Origin: a virus
Taxonomy: Duplodnaviria > Caudoviricetes
Strand: one strand, 5' to 3'
DNA: 64,000 nucleotides
Virus record (IMG/VR): IMGVR_UViG_3300029288_004137
Location: 96,001 to 160,000 of that record
The notes beneath the pieces were generated by a model. That model worked only from the letters and a program-made list of their open reading frames with translations, ran no database searches and was not told where the DNA came from. Positions 57,350-64,000 of this stretch are shown one piece after another. How positions within the stretch are numbered: the stretch's first letter is position 1; the number at the start of each line of letters is the position of its first letter. Position numbers and translations under genes: made by a program.

Positions 57350-58675
57350 TTAATTTTTCTTACTTTTTATTCCTGCCATTTTTTGCATCTTTTCTTTTAA
57401 AAGTTGTTCTTCTTTCGTTTCACCCGAAGAAGGTTTTCTATTTTTAAGAGCAAATGCAACCTCATTTAAGCGTATTTTGTTTTCTTGTGGTTCTTCAACT
57501 GAATGATTTTCAACAATAATCTTTTTCGTTGAATTCATAAACTTTTCAAAAACACCCTTCGCTTCATTAAGGGTTTTGGTTTTATTAACAGCATCAACAA
57601 GTTCTCTCTTTTGTCGCTCATTCAAAGAGTCACTGCTTAAAACCCTATTTTCTATCATTGTCTGCGTAGTTGTCAAATTCGTTTTCTTTAATTCCTTTCC
57701 GAAAACGATAAGAGCTTCTCTTAACACGTTATTTTGCTCTTCTAAATTAGATAGTCTGTCTCTAATCAAAAAGATATTTCTTTTTAATACTTTATTAACT
57801 TTTTTATATGATTCTTCAAGATCTTCTTCTTTTTTAGGTTTTTCTTTTCTTGAATCTTCTGCTTTTGGAGCTTGATTTAAAATATTTGAATTCTCTTCAT
57901 CTTCTAAATCATTTGTTGCTATTTTGGAAGATTCTTGTGTATTTGAATTAGCACTATAATCACCAATTATTCCTTCTGGTACTGCTTCAAAATCAATTAT
58001 ATCTTCTTCTTTTTCTTCATCTGCATCTAATTCTTCCTCTTCTTCAAGAAATTCTAATGTTCCTTCTTGGAGATAAGATACATTTCCATCTTGTTCTTCT
58101 GGTTTAGATCTTTCTGCTCCTAATTGAGCATCGGTTTCTTCTTTTTCATAATCTAAACTAATATCAGGACTTTCCCCATCACCATCCTCTATATTTAATT
58201 CATCTGTTATTTCTTCTGTTTTTCCTCCATCTTCTTCTTTTGCTATTTGAGATAATTGATCCAAATCAATTGTCATCATTTCATCTTCACCTGGAGAATC
58301 CTTACCACCTATATTTTCTCCATCTGCAAAAGATTTACCTATTTCTTTATCAGAAAAAGGTTCATTTTGAACTGGTGCTTTTGAACCTTCTGCTCCACCT
58401 TCACCAGACATTGTTTCAAGATCTGGAGATCCTTCTCCTCCTAATTCATCTACATCTCCTGTAGATCCTTCGTTTCCACCTAAAAGAAGATCCTTATCTT
58501 CTTCTTTTCCCTCTTCAGCTTCAAAAAGTTTTTTATTAATTATTCTTTTGAATTCTTTTGAATATTTTTCAATTAATTCTGATTGAGCACTTTTTTTCGC
58601 AACATCTTTAAGTGCTTCAGCATCAATGATTGCTCGCTCTAACATTTTTGATTTATCACTCATTTTTAACTCCAC
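57350..58675 (-). CDS. Prohead scaffold (gp22-like)
   Basis: Acidic and coiled-coil; ends MQKMAGI; directly upstream of the MCP gene. Confidence 0.7.
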   Translation of the reverse strand: MELKMSDKSKMLERAIIDAEALKDVAKKSAQSELIEKYSKEFKRIINKKLFEAEEGKEEDKDLLLGGNEGSTGDVDELGGEGSPDLETMSGEGGAEGSKAPVQNEPFSDKEIGKSFADGENIGGKDSPGEDEMMTIDLDQLSQIAKEEDGGKTEEITDELNIEDGDGESPDISLDYEKEETDAQLGAERSKPEEQDGNVSYLQEGTLEFLEEEEELDADEEKEEDIIDFEAVPEGIIGDYSANSNTQESSKIATNDLEDEENSNILNQAPKAEDSRKEKPKKEEDLEESYKKVNKVLKRNIFLIRDRLSNLEEQNNVLREALIVFGKELKKTNLTTTQTMIENRVLSSDSLNERQKRELVDAVNKTKTLNEAKGVFEKFMNSTKKIIVENHSVEEPQENKIRLNEVAFALKNRKPSSGETKEEQLLKEKMQKMAGIKSKKN

Positions 58676-58710
58676 TAAATCTAATAATATATAGTTATTT
58701 CTGTTTTCAA

Positions 58711-59142
58711 TTAATTATTTATACCATCAAGAGTAGTTCCTAATGAAGCAGATGATAATTCATATAATTGTGGTTCTATCGATGTCATTTCTGCCGCTAA
58801 ACAATAAGATCCACTTGCTCCATTGCACAACGTAGAAAGATAAATTCTATTACACTTAATATCAAATTTTATATAAGGAACATTATTATCAAGAACATAA
58901 TAATGATGATTATTCATAATAGGATTGCCAACAAGAGATCTTGAATCAAAATATAAAATAATTGGGACAGATCCATCAAGAGTTCTAACTGTTATTGATT
59001 TAGTTAATGACGGAAAACTTATTTCTACACCATCACTTGTATCTACTGTGTCTGGTACTTCACTTCCTGTTAAATATGGTCTGCCAGAAGATTGATATGC
59101 CGCTGCTGATCCTGGTCCTACCTTATATGTTCGTGATGGCAT
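58711..59142 (-). CDS. Hypothetical virion protein
   Basis: AYQSSGRPYLTGS; in the head module. Confidence 0.55.
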   Translation of the reverse strand: MPSRTYKVGPGSAAAYQSSGRPYLTGSEVPDTVDTSDGVEISFPSLTKSITVRTLDGSVPIILYFDSRSLVGNPIMNNHHYYVLDNNVPYIKFDIKCNRIYLSTLCNGASGSYCLAAEMTSIEPQLYELSSASLGTTLDGINN

Positions 59143-59145
59143 CTA

Positions 59146-59370
59146 TTATTCTCCATTCATTTGTTGTTTACTATCTAAATACTTTCTCACTTTTGCTCGT
59201 TCTTTTTTTTCTTTCTTGGCAACAGAAGGTTTTTTATATCTTTTTGAAAAAGCACAAGTTTCCTTTAGTTCTTCAACAAGTTTTTCCTTTTTGGTTAACC
59301 GAATAAACCTCTCAACAAAAGATAATGATGATTCCCCTTTCTCTGCTACCAATTGAAAATTAATTGCCAT
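59146..59370 (-). CDS. rpsU: Phage-encoded ribosomal protein bS21
   Basis: GES....ERF.R..KK...EELK.....YKKPSVAKK.K..RA; 74 aa, basic. Confidence 0.75.
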   Translation of the reverse strand: MAINFQLVAEKGESSLSFVERFIRLTKKEKLVEELKETCAFSKRYKKPSVAKKEKKERAKVRKYLDSKQQMNGE

Positions 59371-59389
59371 ACATCACCTCATAATAAAT

Positions 59390-59782
59390 TTATAAACCAA
59401 AAGCTTTAAGATCTACACCAGGGTCATTTGGATTTACATCTGATAGTGGTGTTCTTCCAAAAATTTCATTTTGTTTCAATTCAACAGGAGATTTAACAGG
59501 AGATAGAGGAACCGTACCTTCAAACATTTGCCCCATTCCTTTTTCTTTGAATGATTTTAATTTTTCTTCTACCACTAAATTATTCATATTCATTCCCATT
59601 AAATTAAGTCTTTTAGGAGTCTTAACAGGACTTGCTTGTTTCTTTTCAACTAAAAATTCTTTATCACTAAAACCTTTAAAAACTTCAGTAATTACTTTTG
59701 ATAACAATCCATCAAAAAGCATTTCATTTACACATTCTTCAATAATCGGTTTTAGTATCTTTTTTAATTCTGATTTCTTCAT
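59390..59782 (-). CDS. Hypothetical head-module protein
   Basis: MKKSELKKILKPIIEEC leader; DPGVD end. Confidence 0.6.
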   Translation of the reverse strand: MKKSELKKILKPIIEECVNEMLFDGLLSKVITEVFKGFSDKEFLVEKKQASPVKTPKRLNLMGMNMNNLVVEEKLKSFKEKGMGQMFEGTVPLSPVKSPVELKQNEIFGRTPLSDVNPNDPGVDLKAFGL

Positions 59783-60402
59783 TTTTCACCTTTATATAAA
59801 ATACTATTTAAAATACGATTTATTTTGTCACTTCTTGTAAAATATAAACTCGTTTTTTGCTTGGATTCTTTCATCAAAAACGCATCAACAGTTGATGGTT
59901 CAGTTACTATATCAAAACAAATTAATTGAAAATCATCTTCAACAATTATATCTTCCCCTTTCTCATGAACAGAACCAAGTCCTCTAGAACTTATACCTAT
60001 CTTTATGCCATCATTGATTAATGACTTTAAAATTTGTCCAGATGGGCCACTTAATACTTTTAATTTTCCATATAAATTTTTGCCTTCCCACCACAATTTC
60101 TTAATAACATGAGAAAGATTTTTTGCATCAATTTCTGAAGAATCTGGATGGTTTAATTCTCCTACAGAACGATTCTCTCTTATAAGTTTTTCATAGTTCT
60201 TAACCTCTGATTCTAATACCTCATAAGGATATATTCTTCCATTTTGGTTTTTTTCATCAGCTTTCTGAAATATTCCTGAAAGATATAAAGCACCATTATC
60301 TCTGATATCTTTTTTTTCTTCTTCTGTCAAGAGGTCCTGACAAACCCCATCTGGACATAAAGAAAAATACTCTCTAAGAATATATTTTTTATTATTTTCC
60401 AT
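59779..60402 (-). CDS. Prohead core protease (T4 gp21-like)
   Basis: NQNGRIYP, GELNHP, SH, GISSRGLGS, FDIVTEPS. Confidence 0.92.
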   Translation of the reverse strand: MENNKKYILREYFSLCPDGVCQDLLTEEEKKDIRDNGALYLSGIFQKADEKNQNGRIYPYEVLESEVKNYEKLIRENRSVGELNHPDSSEIDAKNLSHVIKKLWWEGKNLYGKLKVLSGPSGQILKSLINDGIKIGISSRGLGSVHEKGEDIIVEDDFQLICFDIVTEPSTVDAFLMKESKQKTSLYFTRSDKINRILNSILYKGEK

Positions 60403-60814
60403 TTTTTTTGCTTTCTACTAATCCCTTGTATATTTCTTTATAAATTTTGTTTTCATAAAGTCCATTAGGTAAATCAAATGGATCATACATAGGATCTACA
60501 TTAGGATCTTCTGTCCCATCCATTTCAAAATCTCTTTTTCTTGAATTTGCATAATCCATTTTTGTTTTTCCAGAATATTTAGGATCTGGATTTAATCCTT
60601 CTACATCCCCAAATTCTTCATAGTTTGGATCTTCATTATAAAGTTCCTCTTCCTCAGGCATTTCTTCTTCATAATAAGATTCTTCTCCAGCATCAAAACC
60701 TTGTGGATCATTATCCCAATAATCACTAAAATCTTCATTTAATTTTGATCCTTTCAATGCTCTTTTTACTTCTTCTTTTACAATCTTTTTTAAAGTATTC
60801 ACTTTAATTTTCAT
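60392..60814 (-). CDS. Acidic hypothetical protein with LKKIVKEE leader
   Basis: 140 aa. Confidence 0.6.
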   Translation of the reverse strand: MKIKVNTLKKIVKEEVKRALKGSKLNEDFSDYWDNDPQGFDAGEESYYEEEMPEEEELYNEDPNYEEFGDVEGLNPDPKYSGKTKMDYANSRKRDFEMDGTEDPNVDPMYDPFDLPNGLYENKIYKEIYKGLVESKKNGK

Positions 60815-60828
60815 CTCTATTTCTCCAA

Positions 60829-61110
60829 TTAATAATCTAATAAAAATAATAAAACTTGTTCAATTTCTTCTCTGTTTTTCGAATAAACAGTCTGTAATAA
60901 ATAAGTTTTTAACTGTTCATCACTTAATTTATCAAATTTTTCTTTCAATTCACACGAAGAACACTGCTCTTGTGGTTTATTCTTTGGATTTGTTTCGTAA
61001 GGATCAAGTTTCCCCTTCCCACCAGAAGCTAAAATATATGATTCTTTTTTAAGAATAGAATCTACTTCTTCTTTAATAATCTTTTTTAATAACCCTTTTT
61101 TTATTTCCAC
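60829..61110 (-). CDS. Hypothetical protein with LKKIIKEE leader
   Basis: 93 aa, GTG start. Confidence 0.6.
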   Translation of the reverse strand: MEIKKGLLKKIIKEEVDSILKKESYILASGGKGKLDPYETNPKNKPQEQCSSCELKEKFDKLSDEQLKTYLLQTVYSKNREEIEQVLLFLLDY

Positions 61111-61185
61111 CTATGACCCCTTACAACAATGTGCCACTCTACGAATTGTAAACCTTTTAAATATTAAATTTTTTTCAATTCTCAT
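61111..61185 (-). CDS. Unannotated 24-aa ORF MRIEKNLIFKRFTIRRVAHCCKGS
   Basis: SD AGGTG before the ATG; stop abuts the next start. Confidence 0.5.
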   Translation of the reverse strand: MRIEKNLIFKRFTIRRVAHCCKGS

Positions 61186-61241
61186 ACATCACCTATTATT
61201 AAATCAATAATAACTCCATAATAAATAGATTAATAATTTTA

Positions 61242-62399
61242 CTATTGTACTTTTTCTTTTTCTACCTTTGAATAATGTTTAACAAAAGTATCTTCTAGTA
61301 ATTCTGCCATTTTATATAGTTCTCTTCCATATGATTTACTATCACAAAATACAGTCTTTTCTCTATAATCTTCTTTTGATACTAGCATACCTCTGTGCTT
61401 GCCATCTTTATAATGTCCAGAACCTACAATTGTTCCAGTCTTTATTATAAATCCAGTTAATCGTATTTTTTTAAGATCTTGAATTGATATAAAAATCTCT
61501 GTGTAATAAGCATTAATTTCACGATCATTATAACAGTATATAAAATGAGGAGAATCTGTTTCAACAAATTCATAACTAAATTGAGCAAGAACTCTCTCCG
61601 TAATACTAATAAATTGCTTCTTTTTATCGTATTTTTGTTTTTCTGTTTGATTAGAAAGTTTAAAGGTAACATCATCTGATTCTTTAGCACTTTCTTTAAG
61701 TTTTATTCTTCTCCATACTTCATCAAGATCTATCTTTTTTGGATCTAATAATCCTTCAGGAGTAGATCGTTTGAATTTTTCTCTTTCATAATCTATTTTA
61801 TTCGGATCTCTTATTCCTCCAGGAGTAGACCAATTTGTCTTTTCTCTTTCACCCTTTTCATATGGTTCTATTTTAGAAAATCTATCAGATGCATGATCAG
61901 ATTTTATATTTCTTAACTTATTTAACACATTATTAATTTCTTCTTGCTCTTTTTCTTTTCTTTTGTTTATTTGATAAAGATTTGTTTCTGGAGTATCTAA
62001 ATCACCATAGTCTCTTTCTGATGCTGAAACAAACTGAATGCTTTCTTCCCCATAAATTTTATTAAGAAATTCATCATTATACCCAAATTCATTAAGTTCA
62101 TCTCTAGAAAAAATTTCTCTTACCTTTCTGTTATAATCCCAATTCCAATTATCACACAAATTTTTTAATGTTTTCATAGCATTAATAAATTGTTTCATGG
62201 AAGAACCATATTCATTATAAATTAATATACTGTTTTTACTTGTATTATCTCTAGCCTCTATATAATCTTCATACATAAGTCTCATTAATCCTTTAATATG
62301 CTGTGTTAAATGACCCCCCATACCTGCTGGCATTTTTGCAGATTGACCACTTACCAGATATTTAACATAGAGCATTTCTTGTTCACTTAGTTTTTTCAT
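61242..62399 (-). CDS. Two-domain hypothetical protein with internal DLDEVWRRIKLKE linker
   Basis: 385 aa. Confidence 0.65.
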   Translation of the reverse strand: MKKLSEQEMLYVKYLVSGQSAKMPAGMGGHLTQHIKGLMRLMYEDYIEARDNTSKNSILIYNEYGSSMKQFINAMKTLKNLCDNWNWDYNRKVREIFSRDELNEFGYNDEFLNKIYGEESIQFVSASERDYGDLDTPETNLYQINKRKEKEQEEINNVLNKLRNIKSDHASDRFSKIEPYEKGEREKTNWSTPGGIRDPNKIDYEREKFKRSTPEGLLDPKKIDLDEVWRRIKLKESAKESDDVTFKLSNQTEKQKYDKKKQFISITERVLAQFSYEFVETDSPHFIYCYNDREINAYYTEIFISIQDLKKIRLTGFIIKTGTIVGSGHYKDGKHRGMLVSKEDYREKTVFCDSKSYGRELYKMAELLEDTFVKHYSKVEKEKVQ

Positions 62400-62704
62400 T
62401 AGTTTTCTCTCTTATTCAAATTTATTTTTATTCCATTATCATCAATTAATTGACACAAAAAATATGATGTTCCACTACTTAAACATCCCATAACAAATAT
62501 ATCTAAATAAGTATTCGTTATATTAAATATACTTAATATATTTAAAAAATCACAAAACGAAAATATTATTCCAACCCAAAAACCAATGCACATTGGACAA
62601 TGAAAAAAATTATACTTTGGCCTTATTTTATTAAAAATATCACCATAAACAAGAATTTGTGTGCATCCATAACATATAAATATAAAAAATAATAAATTAA
62701 GCAT
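62399..62704 (-). CDS. Small membrane protein with CxxC (DUF1360-like)
   Basis: Hydrophobic; FFHCPMCIGFWVG. Confidence 0.6.
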   Translation of the reverse strand: MLNLLFFIFICYGCTQILVYGDIFNKIRPKYNFFHCPMCIGFWVGIIFSFCDFLNILSIFNITNTYLDIFVMGCLSSGTSYFLCQLIDDNGIKINLNKREN

Positions 62705-64000
62705 TCTTTATTCTTCTCCATACTTCATCAAGATCTATCATATCAAGTTGACTTCTTTTTGATACATCTTCTGGTGATTTAACTTGTGGATACTTTTTCT
62801 TTGCGAATTCTACCCACTCATCCCAAGCACTTAAAATCTGCTGTTCTGTCACCATATAATATGGATTTTTTTTGTTCTCTTTTCTTTCAATTTCAATCCG
62901 ATCTTTTTCAGCATAAAAAAGATCTTTCATCACATCATATAAATTTCTTTTTAACATTTTTGCTTTTTTATAGCAATCAGCAACAAATGCTTCAACTTCT
63001 TTAGGTTCCTTTAAATATTCTGTTACATCTTTAAAATCTTTAAAATTTTTAGGATCATCTATGTTTTCTTCATTTCTTTTATGCTGTCTCGTATGCGTTA
63101 ATTCGTGTGTTAATGTAGATTTAAGTTCAACAACAAATTCAACCGCTAAAGCTAAAGTTCTATATTTACCATTTTTAGATTTACCATATAATTCAGGTGG
63201 TATTATAATTTCTACTTCAACCGTCTTTAAAAACCTTTTTGGATTATCAAGAATCTCATCAATTAAATTTTTTGGTACATAAGGAGCATAGTTAATAACT
63301 ATATTTTTCATCAAACTCTTTTTTTCTGTTTCATAATAAGATACCAAAAACAATTCTACCTTTTTTAAAAGACTTTCATCTCTGGTATTTAAATAAATTC
63401 CAAGAATATCCAAAATATCAGATGTTGCACTTTCTGAAAGGTACTTATCACAAAATTCTGCTAATCCAGCTAAATTTCCAATATTTTCTGGTACTTCTCT
63501 AAGAAAATTTATTACTTTTTCTAATGTTTTCTTTAAAGAATTTTCCACTTGAACTGAATTTAAATAAGATGTCGCACCACTACTATATATTTTTGAAATT
63601 TCTTCAGATTCCTTAACTTTAACACACAAAAAATCTACATCAAATCTATCATTTCCAGGAATTTCGTCTTTTGTAAAAAGAATATATTCCTGTACTGGCT
63701 CATGATTTTTTATTAAATCAATTACTTTTTGAACCACAATTCTTGATATCGCTGTTGTTGTATAATCGGTTACACTTTCATTCAATAACATTTTAAATTT
63801 GTTTTCTTTGCTTTCATCAAGATCAAGCATCTTAAAACGATCTGATTCACTCTGATCTGATACTTTTTCTGATCTTGGAATATCATTAAGTTCAAGCGTT
63901 TTTGTTCTTTCTGATTCAGATTGATCATTTGCTGATTTTATTGGTATTTCGTCTAAATCTACTTGAACCCACCTATCTTCTACTTGTTTTTTCTTCCACT
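62697..64000 (-). CDS. 5'-truncated modular protein: cassette - HExxH metalloprotease-like domain - DLDEVWRRIK
   Basis: Frame stays open to the window end (WKKKQVEDRWVQVDLDEIP...); THELTH...EVEAF. Confidence 0.75.
   Translation of the reverse strand, partial: WKKKQVEDRWVQVDLDEIPIKSANDQSESERTKTLELNDIPRSEKVSDQSESDRFKMLDLDESKENKFKMLLNESVTDYTTTAISRIVVQKVIDLIKNHEPVQEYILFTKDEIPGNDRFDVDFLCVKVKESEEISKIYSSGATSYLNSVQVENSLKKTLEKVINFLREVPENIGNLAGLAEFCDKYLSESATSDILDILGIYLNTRDESLLKKVELFLVSYYETEKKSLMKNIVINYAPYVPKNLIDEILDNPKRFLKTVEVEIIIPPELYGKSKNGKYRTLALAVEFVVELKSTLTHELTHTRQHKRNEENIDDPKNFKDFKDVTEYLKEPKEVEAFVADCYKKAKMLKRNLYDVMKDLFYAEKDRIEIERKENKKNPYYMVTEQQILSAWDEWVEFAKKKYPQVKSPEDVSKRSQLDMIDLDEVWRRIKNA

Larger units (their letters stand above)
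49344..63848. repeat. Dispersed repeat: identical 36-bp core at 49344, 50598, 51912 and 63813
   Basis: ttcatcaagatcaagcatcttaaaacgatctgattc, within longer ~180-bp homologous modules. Confidence 0.92.

Noticed and set aside
49344-63848. 36-bp identical repeats as a CRISPR array
   Set aside because: Copies are kilobases apart, in frame within coding sequence, with no spacers or cas genes.
1-64000. Stop-codon reassignment as the cause of the fragmented dnaE and helicase genes
   Set aside because: Other genes are full length in the standard code, breaks fall at intein boundaries, and the pieces are in different frames or separated by whole genes.
1-64000. tRNA, rRNA or other structured RNA genes
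   Set aside because: Intergenic gaps are short and AT-rich, and no cloverleaf was recognised by eye; tRNAscan/Infernal would be decisive.

Overview
A 64-kb AT-rich segment of a large T4-like (contractile-tailed) bacteriophage genome. Essentially all real genes are on the minus strand and use the standard code. In transcription order (right to left): a head module (prohead protease, ribosomal protein bS21, scaffold, gp23-like major capsid protein); neck, tail and baseplate genes (gp13/14/15-like, sheath, tube, tape measure, baseplate); a replication and nucleotide-metabolism block (compact PolA-like, tubulin/FtsZ-like, gp32-like SSB, RecA/UvsX, 5'-3' exonuclease, gp41/DnaB helicase, class II RNR, ThyX, DnaE, dUTPase, IMPDH-like); and a lysis amidase. 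The main finding is a trans-spliced replisome. DnaE is encoded in four ORFs joined by two different split inteins (the middle piece is IntC-extein-IntN), one 126-aa cis mini-intein and a frameshift or fission. The helicase is joined by a third split intein, and free-standing homing endonucleases sit inside two of the breaks. The three split pairs have different charge patterns, which suggests natural orthogonality. Other notable items are a recurring putative late-promoter motif (ACTAHTTA) that also lies in the loop of a hairpin hiding an endonuclease RBS, a family of modular accessory proteins sharing a 'DRFKMLDLDEVWRRIK' cassette, a restriction-modification cassette flanked by a 126-bp duplication of the nrdJ 3' end and promoter, and paralog arrays (ankyrin; FVSNSS). 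All calls are from motif recognition by eye; no database search was run.
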